Assembly: GCF_000175255.2 (NCBI RefSeq) | Contig: NC_017262.1 | Coordinates: forward strand, 1,710,001-1,742,000 | Source of the DNA: Zymomonas mobilis subsp. mobilis ATCC 10988 | GTDB taxonomy: Bacteria; Pseudomonadota; Alphaproteobacteria; Sphingomonadales; Sphingomonadaceae | Direction: 5' to 3' | Length of the DNA stretch: 32,000 bases | Shown here: positions 9,544 to 18,000 of the stretch, piece by piece | Layout of the letters: each line of letters opens with the position of its first letter | How positions within the stretch are numbered: the first letter of the stretch is position 1 | Translations under genes and position numbers: made by a program | Notes under the pieces: generated by a model | Databases searched by the model: none | The model's input: only the letters and a program-made list of their open reading frames with translations | Told to the model about the DNA's origin: nothing

Positions 9544-10569
9544 TTAAGACCGCCGTCTTAAACCCATGCTGCGATAGGCCTTGTCTAAGGTTTTTTCGGC
9601 AATCACTGCGGCCTTTTCGGCGCCTTGTGACAAAATACGGTCAATCTCGGCGGGGTCATTTTTGAAGCTCGATAATTTGTCGCGGATAGGCGCAATCGAT
9701 TCTACAACCAGATCAGCCAAGGCGGGTTTGAATTGACCAAAACCCTGACCAGCAAATTGCTGCAATATATCGCCAAGGGCTTCGCCTTTTAACGCACTGT
9801 AAATGCCCAATAAATTTTTGGCTTCAGGACGATCGGCTAAACCCTCTTCATTTTCAGGGATCGGATCGGGATCGGTTTTTGCCTTGCGGATTTTCTGGGC
9901 AATATCGTCATTGCTGTCTGTCAAATTGATCCGGCTTAAATCGGACGGATCGGATTTTGACATTTTCGAGCTGCCATTTCTTAACGACATCACGCGGGCA
10001 GCGGTTTTTTGAATGATCGGTTCCGGTAAGGTAAAAATTTTATCATCATAGTCATTGTTGAATTTTGTTGCGATATCGCGCGCCAATTCTAGATGCTGTT
10101 TCTGATCTTCGCCAACCGGAACGTGGGTTGCCTGATACAGCATGACATCAGCGGCCTGCAAAACCGGATAGGTGTAAAGGCCGACAGAGGCTCCTTCACG
10201 ATTTTTACCGGATTTTTCTTTAAATTGGGTCATCCGGTTCAACCAACCGATACGGGCAACACAATTCAATAACCATGCCATTTCGGAATGGGCGGCCACA
10301 TCAGATTGAGCAAAAAAGACAGCTCGTTCGGGATTAACGCCCGAAGCCAGCAAAGTTGCTGCCATATTGCGGATATTTTCGGCTAATTCATCCGGTGCTT
10401 GCGGCATGGTAATGGCATGGAGATCAGCCAGAAAAAAGACACAGCTATCGCCGTCTTTCATCTCGTTTTGCATGACAACCCAATTACGGATAGCCCCCAG
10501 ATAATTACCGAGATGAAGATTTCCGGTTGGCTGGATACCGGAAACAATGCGCTTATTCTTACTCATCAT
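9544..10569 (-). CDS. trpS: Tryptophanyl-tRNA synthetase
   Basis: 341-aa ORF. N-terminus SGIQPTGNLHLGNYLG (HIGH region) and KMSKS motif (SKMSKSD). It starts 20 nt downstream of the murJ stop. Confidence 0.95.
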   Translation of the reverse strand: MMSKNKRIVSGIQPTGNLHLGNYLGAIRNWVVMQNEMKDGDSCVFFLADLHAITMPQAPDELAENIRNMAATLLASGVNPERAVFFAQSDVAAHSEMAWLLNCVARIGWLNRMTQFKEKSGKNREGASVGLYTYPVLQAADVMLYQATHVPVGEDQKQHLELARDIATKFNNDYDDKIFTLPEPIIQKTAARVMSLRNGSSKMSKSDPSDLSRINLTDSNDDIAQKIRKAKTDPDPIPENEEGLADRPEAKNLLGIYSALKGEALGDILQQFAGQGFGQFKPALADLVVESIAPIRDKLSSFKNDPAEIDRILSQGAEKAAVIAEKTLDKAYRSMGLRRRS

Positions 10570-10589
10570 ATTTTTGATACCTGCTAAGA

Positions 10590-12203
10590 TTATCGTTTAT
10601 AGCGACGCTGTAAGTAAAATTTTATTTCTTTTAAAGGGAATGTGCCAATCAAAGCGGCTGTTCCGAAATATAAAACAGAACCAAACAGCAATAATAAGGA
10701 AAGAGTGGCGATCCGATAGGCGACACCGCCCGTTGCCATATGGTTAAGCCAAGGAAGGCAAGGCCATAATCCGGCGGCCATAACAAGGCTAGCAATAATG
10801 ATTTTGATCGTGCGGGTAAAAAGCTGGCGATCGCAGGCGAAATGATTTCTATGCCGCAATAATCCGTAAAGCATGATGACATTTGCCCAAGCCGCGATTG
10901 CCGTTGATAAAGCCAGACCGACATGACCAAAAGGCTTAATGAATAACAAATTCAATATCAGATTAAGGAGCATCGCAATGATCGCAACACGGACAGGGGT
11001 GCGGGTGTCGGTGCGGGCATGAAATCCGGGGGTCAGAATTTTAATCAAAACATAGGCCGGTAACCCCAGCGAAAAAGCGGTCAAGGCTTGCGCCGAATGG
11101 ATGCTATCGCTTGCGGAAAAGGCTCCATGTTGTAACAAGGCGGAAATCAGCGGCATCGAAGCAATGACCAGACCGAAAGCCGCAGGCACCGTTAGAAACA
11201 AAGCTAATTCAATCGCCCTATTCTGGGTGTGAATAGCCGCCTCCGTCTGATCTTCTGCCAATTGTCGTGATAAACTCGGTAAAATAGCGGTGCCAATACC
11301 GATCCCCACCAATCCGAGGGGAAGCTGATTAAGACGATCGGCATAATATAAATAGGAAACGGCGCCTTCAGGTAAAAAACGGGCAGCCAAAGCGGTTGAA
11401 ATCAACAGATTAAATTGCACAGCACCCGCACCCAAGGCCGCAGGCCAAGTGATCGAAAGCATCTTTTTAACTGCAGGTGTTAATTTTGGCCAATGGGGAT
11501 AAAGACGGACATTTGCCGATCGGCAAGCCCATATTAGCCAGCCTAATTGCAAAACGCCTGACAGGCTGACCGCAATCGCTTGGGTCTCGGCTGTCATCGC
11601 TGGATTATTGCTGCGAAAAAAGACCAGCCCGATAATCAACCCGACATTCAACAAAATAGGGGCGGCGGCATTCACCCAAAAACGATGAAGGGAATTTAGA
11701 ATCCCGCCCAAAAGGGTCACAATCGAAATAAGCGCTAGATAGGGCATTGTTAGCCGCGTTAAAAAAACAGCCAACTGAAATTCACCGGCGCTTCCCATCG
11801 GGAAGCCACCCGTCATGATGCGCACAATAGGGGCAGCGGCAGCGATCATCCCTATTTCAAAAATAATCAGCAAGGGTAACAGAACAGATAACACGTCACT
11901 GGCAAATCGTAATCCGGCGGCAAAGCCGTTTTGCCCTTTCTTTTCAGCCTCGGAAATTGTGCGGTTAAACATCGGCACAAAGGCAGAAGCAAAAGCGCCT
12001 TCTGCAAATAAGGCTCTGAAAAGATTGGGTAATCGCCATGCGATCAAAAAGGCATCATTCGCCGACCCAGCCCCAAGATATTGCGCGCCAAGGGTATCTC
12101 GAATAAATCCGAGTATCCGGCTTATAAGGGTCAATCCCCCGATAGTCGCGGTTGCTTTGAAAAGATGAAATCGTCCGGAGGCAGGCTGAGTTTTATTTGT
12201 CAT
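10590..12203 (-). CDS. murJ: Lipid II flippase MurJ (MviN)
   Basis: Polytopic membrane protein. The N-terminus TIGGLTLISRILGFIRD is typical of MurJ. The ORF-track GTG start at 12254 would read through the secB terminator hairpin, so the ATG at 12203 is preferred (537 aa). Confidence 0.9.
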   Translation of the reverse strand: MTNKTQPASGRFHLFKATATIGGLTLISRILGFIRDTLGAQYLGAGSANDAFLIAWRLPNLFRALFAEGAFASAFVPMFNRTISEAEKKGQNGFAAGLRFASDVLSVLLPLLIIFEIGMIAAAAPIVRIMTGGFPMGSAGEFQLAVFLTRLTMPYLALISIVTLLGGILNSLHRFWVNAAAPILLNVGLIIGLVFFRSNNPAMTAETQAIAVSLSGVLQLGWLIWACRSANVRLYPHWPKLTPAVKKMLSITWPAALGAGAVQFNLLISTALAARFLPEGAVSYLYYADRLNQLPLGLVGIGIGTAILPSLSRQLAEDQTEAAIHTQNRAIELALFLTVPAAFGLVIASMPLISALLQHGAFSASDSIHSAQALTAFSLGLPAYVLIKILTPGFHARTDTRTPVRVAIIAMLLNLILNLLFIKPFGHVGLALSTAIAAWANVIMLYGLLRHRNHFACDRQLFTRTIKIIIASLVMAAGLWPCLPWLNHMATGGVAYRIATLSLLLLFGSVLYFGTAALIGTFPLKEIKFYLQRRYKR

Positions 12204-12226
12204 ATCGTCATCTGGATAAAAGTGAA

Positions 12227-12250
12227 GAAAGCCGCTCAAAAGCGGCTTTC
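12227..12250 (-). terminator. Rho-independent terminator downstream of secB
   Basis: Perfect 10-bp stem GAAAGCCGCT/AGCGGCTTTC with a 4-nt loop. On the minus strand it is followed by UUCACUUUUAU. It lies 38 nt after the secB stop and only 24 nt upstream of the murJ ATG. Confidence 0.7.
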
Positions 12251-12287
12251 TCACATCATGGTGACCCTTATAAAATAGAATGCATGA

Positions 12288-12782
12288 TTAAGCCTGACCG
12301 GCTGGCTCGGTATTGGACAACATATCCTGCTGTTCCGTTTGCTGCATATAAAGCGCGGCAAAGTCGATTGGTTCCAGCATCAAAGGCGGGAAGTTACCAT
12401 CACGGACGGAATCGGCAAGGATGCGCCGGACGAAAGGAAACAGGATGCGCGGGGCTTCGATATAAAGGAAAGGCTGAATCTGGTCTGCCGGAACATTCTT
12501 GATAGCAAATAAACCATTATAAACCAGCTCGACATGGAAAACGACGCCTTCGTCTGCTTTGGCAGAAACATCGACTTTCAAAGCAACTTCATAGACATCC
12601 TGTGCCATGGGCTGGGTGCCGATATTGAACTGCACTTCGATATGAGGCTGGGTCTGCCACTGATACACAGCCGGAGCATTAGGATTTTCAAAAGAAAGAT
12701 CTTTAATATACTGGGCAAGAATACTGACCTGCGGCAAATGGTCGGTATCCGCATTTGAAGCATTAAAATTGTTTCCTGACAT
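12288..12782 (-). CDS. secB: Protein-export chaperone SecB
   Basis: SecB-like sequence (ILAQYIKDLSFENPNAP..., acidic C-terminus). The ATG at 12782 is preceded by GAGGA at good spacing (164 aa). The longer ORF reaching 12893 is an upstream extension with no support. Confidence 0.92.
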   Translation of the reverse strand: MSGNNFNASNADTDHLPQVSILAQYIKDLSFENPNAPAVYQWQTQPHIEVQFNIGTQPMAQDVYEVALKVDVSAKADEGVVFHVELVYNGLFAIKNVPADQIQPFLYIEAPRILFPFVRRILADSVRDGNFPPLMLEPIDFAALYMQQTEQQDMLSNTEPAGQA

Positions 12783-13248
12783 AATGGCATCCTCGCTGCG
12801 TTTAAAGTGATCTTGAATGATGGCGCAAAACACCCGATCATGAAAGAGAAATGATCGACGGGCATTTTTGTTCGATAGGAACAAAGCGCCCAAGGGTAAA
12901 TGAAATTATAGTCACTCGGATAAGATAAACTCTACTCTTTAATCCAGCGGCTTCTCTTTTGAATATTGCTTTCACCTATCGAGCTTTTACGCTCGGGAAT
13001 CTTTAATATTGATGACAATAATCGACTTTTTCAAAGAAAACCCTTCAAATGAAGTCTTTTTTGCTTCTTTTTGCATAAATAATACCGCTTCTTTGTGTCT
13101 TTTTTCGGTTTTTTGCGTTAAAAATAGGGCTACTTTCGTAAAGAGCGGGCAGATGCTGTTTGAAAGGTGGCGTCATCTTGCCTATATATAAAAGATTAAA
13201 TATTTCAGCCGGAATGAAATTCTGCTGTATTTTGCATTTGGAGGCATA

Positions 13249-13902
13249 GTGGTCGAGATTGTTGTTCTTGTGGTAGTGGCTGCTGGGCTTTGTGGATGGC
13301 TTTACAATGTCCTTGGGCGCCGTACCGGCCACGAACAGAGTTTTACCAAACCTACCGAGGTCTCAACTACTGTAGTTGCCCAACCTAATACGGCGTTGTT
13401 GATGCCTGCTTCCGAACAGAAAAAGCGGGAAGAAATTGTTCAACCCGAAGCATGGGATGGAATCCGGCGTATTGTCAGCCGTGATGCCCATTTTGATCTG
13501 ACCGGATTTATCGAAGGCGCAAAATCAGCCTATGGCAAAATTTTAGAAGCCTTCTGGCAGAACGACCGGAGCAAACTGGCTGATATGGTCAGCAAAGACG
13601 TTTTCGAGGCTTTTCAGCAAGTGATCGAAAAACGTGAAGCTGAAGGCAGCCGCCTTGAAAACCGCCTTGTCAATATTGACAAGGCCTTGGTTCAAAAAGC
13701 CGGTATCGAAGGCGATAATGCCATTATCACTGTCAGCTATGATGCTTGGATTTCGACGATGCTTCGTAATCACGAAGGTATCATGATCGCCGGCTCATCC
13801 ACTGATGCGCTGCCGACCCATGACGTCTGGACATTCAGCCGTAGTATCAAACAAGAACCGAAAACCAACTGGTTGTTGGTAGAAACCTTGGCCGCCTCCT
13901 GA
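13249..13902 (+). CDS. Tim44-like domain protein (bacterial homologue of the mitochondrial Tim44 C-terminal domain)
   Basis: 217-aa ORF. GTG start preceded by GGAGG. One N-terminal TM helix, then a Tim44-like domain (FDLTGFIEGAKSAYGKILEAFW...DVWTFSR...NWLLVET). Divergent from secB, as in many alphaproteobacteria. Confidence 0.85.
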   Translation: MVEIVVLVVVAAGLCGWLYNVLGRRTGHEQSFTKPTEVSTTVVAQPNTALLMPASEQKKREEIVQPEAWDGIRRIVSRDAHFDLTGFIEGAKSAYGKILEAFWQNDRSKLADMVSKDVFEAFQQVIEKREAEGSRLENRLVNIDKALVQKAGIEGDNAIITVSYDAWISTMLRNHEGIMIAGSSTDALPTHDVWTFSRSIKQEPKTNWLLVETLAAS

Positions 13903-13925
13903 TTTCGGCGGCAAGGGTGTTTTTA
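13886..13925 (+). terminator. Candidate rho-independent terminator overlapping the Tim44-like stop codon
   Basis: CCTTG(G)CCGCC (13886-13896) pairs with GGCGGCAAGG (13907-13916) with one bulge. It is followed by GTGTTTTTA. Confidence 0.5.
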
Positions 13926-13943
13926 TTTGAATGAAGAGTAGCA

Positions 13944-14252
13944 ATGAAAAAATCTTTTATTCTGTTCATTGCTGTAACGGCTTTGACAGGATGTAGCGGC
14001 TGGCCTGATGGTCAGCGGCCACCTTCTGCTGGCTTTGATCAATCACAGAATAGCTATCACACTCCAAATATGCCTTATGAGTATGGTCGCTCATCATTAA
14101 ATAGCGATACATTCGATTCATCTCAAACGACGATGAATAATGAAATGCTCTATTACGAAGATAAAGCATTGCGTGCAGATAATATCAGGGATCGTGACAC
14201 CAATTTTGCCAAATATCTTTTGGCTAAAAAACATCAAGAACAGCCAGATTAA
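13944..14252 (+). CDS. Small hypothetical lipoprotein (102 aa)
   Basis: Signal peptide MKKSFILFIAVTALTGC with lipobox LTGC. The mature part is polar and low-complexity (S/N/Q/D/Y-rich), with no motif I recognise. Confidence 0.6.
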   Translation: MKKSFILFIAVTALTGCSGWPDGQRPPSAGFDQSQNSYHTPNMPYEYGRSSLNSDTFDSSQTTMNNEMLYYEDKALRADNIRDRDTNFAKYLLAKKHQEQPD

Positions 14253-14258
14253 AATTCT

Positions 14259-15590
14259 ATGCTTATTGATTTAGCCAAAAATAGTACCGCTTATATGTGG
14301 CGCAGTCAGATTGTTGCCTTTTTGGGGCTTGCTATTCTGACCCTGTCCGCTTGCCAGACCTCCCGACCCACGGCCTCTCACTCTTTACCTGAAAAAGCAA
14401 AAGCCCCATCGGCTCCCCAAAAACAGGCGTCCCCGTCTAAAAAAGCCAGTGCTTTAGATATCCGGCCTCAATCTATTCCGGTTTCTCGCTTGGGATTGAC
14501 AGAAGAGAACGCCAAAAAGGCCTTGGAGGCTTTCCGATCATCCTGCCCATTTCTGACATCCCATCCTGATAAAAGCGGATTGACTGCGGCTAATGATTGG
14601 CTGCCAGCTTGTCAGGCGGCTAAAAATTTAAATAGCACCTCATCGACCAGTGCGACGGCTTTTTTTGATCGCTATTTCGAGCCTGTTTCCGTTGGGGGCG
14701 GAGAGGCTTTTGTTACAGGCTATTATGAGCCGGAAATAGCCGCTTCCAGCCAAGCAAAAGACGGCTACGCTCCCATTTACAAGGTGCCTTCCGACTTAGT
14801 CGAAACCAATCTTGAAGATTTCTTTCCTGAAATGAAGGGAAAACACTTCAAAGGGCGCGTTAAAAAAGGCCATTTGGTGCCTTATTATACACGGGCGGAA
14901 ATCAACAAAGGGGTCTTGGATAACCGCCATCTTGAAATTGCTTGGGCTATTGATCCGGTCGCTTTGTTCTTCCTGCAAATCCAAGGTTCCGGTCGGCTCA
15001 ATCTTGAAGATGGGCGCGTTATTCGGATCGGTTATGCCAATCAGAATGGCCGCGAATATACCGCAATCGGACGTTTACTGGTGGATAAAGGCGTCATTGA
15101 AAAAGGCCATGCCACGATGGCGGGCATTGTTGAATGGCTCCATAACCATCCTGACCAAGCGCCTTCCATTATGGAAAGCAATAAAAGCTATGTTTTCTTT
15201 CGTGAATTGAAAGAAACGGGACCTTTAGGCGCGCTTTCTGTGCCTGTTACGTCCCAGATATCCCTTGCAGTCGACCCGTCTTATACGCCATTAGGGGCTC
15301 CTGTTTTTTTAATGCTTGATTCAAAGCATGGTGGTAATGCAGCATTTGCGAATGGTCTCTGGATTGCGCAAGACAAAGGTGGCGCAATAAAAGGGGCTAA
15401 TCGCTTCGACAGCTATTGGGGATATGGCGACAAAGCCGAACATATCGCTGGTGGTCTTGCCAGCCATGGTTCTGCATGGCTTTTGTTACCGAAAGGAGTA
15501 GCCGCGGGTCTCGGTTCTGGAAAAAATGGCAAAGCGCAAAGGGAGACAAAAATATCCGCAGGAAGCGGAGAGGGTAACAAATCCGCCTAA
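14259..15590 (+). CDS. mltA: Membrane-bound lytic murein transglycosylase A (MltA family)
   Basis: 443-aa ORF. Lipoprotein signal (LTLSAC), MltA domain, and C-terminal 3D domain motifs (LAVDPSYTPLGAPVFL, GGAIKGANRFDSYWG). The start could be M1 (14259) or M13 (14295). Confidence 0.88.
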   Translation: MLIDLAKNSTAYMWRSQIVAFLGLAILTLSACQTSRPTASHSLPEKAKAPSAPQKQASPSKKASALDIRPQSIPVSRLGLTEENAKKALEAFRSSCPFLTSHPDKSGLTAANDWLPACQAAKNLNSTSSTSATAFFDRYFEPVSVGGGEAFVTGYYEPEIAASSQAKDGYAPIYKVPSDLVETNLEDFFPEMKGKHFKGRVKKGHLVPYYTRAEINKGVLDNRHLEIAWAIDPVALFFLQIQGSGRLNLEDGRVIRIGYANQNGREYTAIGRLLVDKGVIEKGHATMAGIVEWLHNHPDQAPSIMESNKSYVFFRELKETGPLGALSVPVTSQISLAVDPSYTPLGAPVFLMLDSKHGGNAAFANGLWIAQDKGGAIKGANRFDSYWGYGDKAEHIAGGLASHGSAWLLLPKGVAAGLGSGKNGKAQRETKISAGSGEGNKSA

Positions 15591-16212
15591 TCGGCAAGGG
15601 AAGGCGACTTCTTTTGCTGGAAGAAAATCTGCACCCAAATATCTCTCTTCCGAAGAGCTGGCTTTATGGCAAAAAGTCGCTGTCACCGTTACGCCATTAG
15701 AGCCGGAACGCTATCAATCCTTGGCTGACTTGCTCAATAAAAATATTACACCTACCGCCAAAGCGCCACCGCTTTCAAAACTACGAAAAGAAATAGAAAA
15801 CCGCCATAGAAAGATTCCTCCTCCACCGATCAGCCCTTCTCCGAAAAAATCTTCGGACACACTTGATGGCTCATGGGATCGCAAATTAAGTAAAGGCAGC
15901 GTCGAACCCGAACGGAGTATCGACTTGCACGGCTATACTATGACCAGTGCCTATCGCGTTTTGGAATCAGCGCTTTCACAAGCCATCCGGCAAGGTATCC
16001 GCGTTTTACTGATTATTACAGGTCGTCCGCCAAGGCGTAATGAACATGGTATTATTACGCGTGGTCTTATTCGTGGCGCTATCGGTGATTGGCTTAATTT
16101 TTCACCCTATTCCAGCCATATCGCCGCTGTCAGAAATGCCCATCCTCGCCATGGTGGGGCAGGGGCGCTCTATGTAATCCTTCGTCGTCGTCGCGACGAA
16201 ACAAAATATTAA
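15526..16212 (+). CDS. Smr (small MutS-related) domain protein
   Basis: C-terminal Smr domain (IDLHGYT...LLIITGRP...GIITRGLIRGAIGDWL...HGGAGALYVIL). The ATG at 15526 is the only in-frame canonical start, giving a 65-nt out-of-frame overlap with the mltA 3' end. Confidence 0.85.
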   Translation: MAKRKGRQKYPQEAERVTNPPNRQGKATSFAGRKSAPKYLSSEELALWQKVAVTVTPLEPERYQSLADLLNKNITPTAKAPPLSKLRKEIENRHRKIPPPPISPSPKKSSDTLDGSWDRKLSKGSVEPERSIDLHGYTMTSAYRVLESALSQAIRQGIRVLLIITGRPPRRNEHGIITRGLIRGAIGDWLNFSPYSSHIAAVRNAHPRHGGAGALYVILRRRRDETKY

Positions 16213-16314
16213 TTCCAAAATAAATAAAACTGATTATCAGAGATATTCTTTAATATCTGTCAAACAAGGGACATAGATGGCTTTTGATCGCCTAATACTC
16301 ACCAATCCTTAATA

Positions 16315-16604
16315 ATGGGAAAATACGGAAAGCTCCCATTGGGTTTTCATGGACAACTTTCTTTTTTGGTCTATGGCCAGCTATTTTTAGAGGCAGTTGG
16401 AAATACGCCCTTTTAATGTTTTTAACTATTTTCCCAACCCTAGGTCTTTCTACCCTTATATGGCCATTTATCTTTAATCGTCTTTATCTCAACAGTTTAC
16501 TAGAAGACGGCTTCCGACTAAAAATTGCGGAACGAGGCAGTTCTGTTGAAAGAATATCGGCTTACAGCCGGATGAATATCGCCCTTATAGCGGATAGCGA
16601 ATAA
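16315..16604 (+). CDS. Small DUF2628-like membrane protein; start unresolved (frameshift, -1 slippage or a non-canonical start)
   Basis: The frame is open from 16296 to the stop at 16602-16604. It encodes ...GKIRKAPIGFSWTTFFFGLWPAIFRGSWKYALLMFLTIFPTLGLSTLIWPFIFNRLYLNSLLEDGFRL.... The first in-frame ATG is 16416, inside the first TM helix. The upstream ATG at 16315 is +1 out of frame, so the span is not a multiple of 3. An alternative start is ATT at 16338, preceded by GGAAAG. Confidence 0.5.
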
Positions 16605-16616
16605 AAACATTCGCCG

Positions 16617-16649
16617 TAATCCGGAATTATATAGAATAATTCCGGATTA
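16617..16649. terminator. Perfect 14-bp hairpin between the convergent small ORF and dapE (probably a bidirectional terminator)
   Basis: TAATCCGGAATTAT-ataga-ATAATTCCGGATTA. T-runs occur a few nt beyond the stem on both strands (TGTTTT on plus, TGTTTTTATT on minus). Confidence 0.6.
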
Positions 16650-16659
16650 ACAGGCTGTT

Positions 16660-17790
16660 TTATCCCAAGAAAGATTTGATAATATCTTCATCAATCCGGC
16701 TTAACTGCCGGATATCCTCGACCGAGGCTTTTTCATCGACTTTATGCATCGTGGCATTGACCAGACCGAATTCGACCACCGGACATAATTTGGTCAGGAA
16801 ACGCGCATCTGACGTGCCACCACTGGTTGAAAGGCTGGGCGTAATACCGGTATTTTTGGCAATAGCCGCCGATATTGTATCTGTCAGAACCCCTTCTTCC
16901 GTGACAAAGGCTTCCCCAGAAATAGCCGCTTTCACTCTGGCTTTGGGGTCAATCGCTGCTACCCGCTTTTTCAGGCTATCCACTAATTCAGCGCCCTTAT
17001 GCAGGGCATTAAAACGAATATTAAGCTGCGCTTTGGCTAAAGCCGGAATAACATTGGTAGCCTTGTTATCACATTCAATCGAAGTCACTTCGAGATTAGA
17101 GGGCTGGAACCACTGATCGCCTTTATCTAAGACCCAGCTTTCGAGATCGGAAATAATTCTGGCCAAAACCGGAATAGGATTGCGGGCGCGGTCAGGATAA
17201 GCCACATGGCCTTGGATGCCTTCTACTTCAATCCACATATTAACCGAGCCACGCCGTCCGTTTTTAACAGTATCGCCCAAACGCTCGACCGATGTCGGTT
17301 CACCGACAAGACAGTAATCTGGCTTGATAGACTGTTCATTTAACCATTCGATGATGGCAGGCGTTCCAAAGGTCGCAGGGCCTTCTTCATCCCCTGTAAT
17401 CAGCAAAGAGAGAGTGCCTTTATGTTCAGTATAGCGAGAGGCTGCCGCGATGAAGGCCGCTACTGAACTTTTCATATCAACCGCACCACGCCCGACAAGA
17501 TAGCCGTCTTTAATCGTTGGGGTGAACGGATCTGAACTCCAACCCTGACCTGCTGGCACGACATCGCTATGACCGGCATAGGCAAGATGGGGATGGCCTT
17601 CGCCCCGAATAGCAATAAGGTTTGTTACAGGTCCATCGGGTGCCTGTCCCTTGGTCAACAGATGAACAGTAAAACCAGCCGATTTTAAAGCATCTGCCAT
17701 AATATTCATGGCACCATCATCAGATGGCGTTACCGATTTACAGGCAATCAGTCGGGCGGCAAGGTCAACAGGATCAGGCGCTATGGTCAT
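16660..17790 (-). CDS. dapE: Succinyl-diaminopimelate desuccinylase
   Basis: 376-aa ORF of the M20 peptidase family with a DapE-like sequence (AGHSDVVP, GRGAVDMK, ITGDEEG, dimerisation-domain insert, GGTSDARF). Confidence 0.93.
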   Translation of the reverse strand: MTIAPDPVDLAARLIACKSVTPSDDGAMNIMADALKSAGFTVHLLTKGQAPDGPVTNLIAIRGEGHPHLAYAGHSDVVPAGQGWSSDPFTPTIKDGYLVGRGAVDMKSSVAAFIAAASRYTEHKGTLSLLITGDEEGPATFGTPAIIEWLNEQSIKPDYCLVGEPTSVERLGDTVKNGRRGSVNMWIEVEGIQGHVAYPDRARNPIPVLARIISDLESWVLDKGDQWFQPSNLEVTSIECDNKATNVIPALAKAQLNIRFNALHKGAELVDSLKKRVAAIDPKARVKAAISGEAFVTEEGVLTDTISAAIAKNTGITPSLSTSGGTSDARFLTKLCPVVEFGLVNATMHKVDEKASVEDIRQLSRIDEDIIKSFLG

Positions 17791-17883
17791 TTAATCATCC
17801 GAAAAATAAAAACAGATATACTATAGTATGAAACTGCATATCAATAACAATAATGAGATGAGATATTAAATAATTTTATTTGA

Positions 17884-17930
17884 GAAATTGAATATTTAAT
17901 TGTGTTTTATTTTGAAATTAAATTTTTAAT
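17884..17930. repeat. Imperfect 17-nt direct repeat in the AT-rich control region
   Basis: GAAATTGAATATTTAAT (17884-17900) and GAAATTAAATTTTTAAT (17914-17930) match at 15/17, with starts 30 bp apart. Chance similarity is plausible in DNA this AT-rich. Confidence 0.35.
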
Positions 17931-18000
17931 ACCTGTTTTTTGCTTACAAAAAGATATTTTTCTTTTTTTTGCATTTTAAGCCTCTTTAATTTTAATCAGT

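Noticed and set aside
13009-13332. 60-aa (+) and 95-aa (-) ORFs in the secB/Tim44-like intergenic region
   Set aside because: They are AT-rich chance ORFs with no SD. The minus-strand one runs antisense into the supported Tim44-like start.
16241-16258. Hairpin AGATATT-cttt-AATATCT after the Smr gene as a terminator
   Set aside because: The stem is only 7 bp and entirely A/T-rich, with no U-tract. It is too weak to call.
17849-17867. Second Fur-box-like site AATAATGAGATGAGATATT
   Set aside because: It matches the consensus at only 11/19, in DNA where AT-rich hexamers are expected by chance.
17828-17869. 13-codon mini-ORF MKLHINNNNEMRY as a leader peptide
   Set aside because: It has no SD and lies far upstream of the likely promoter. 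Such short ORFs are expected by chance in AT-rich sequence.
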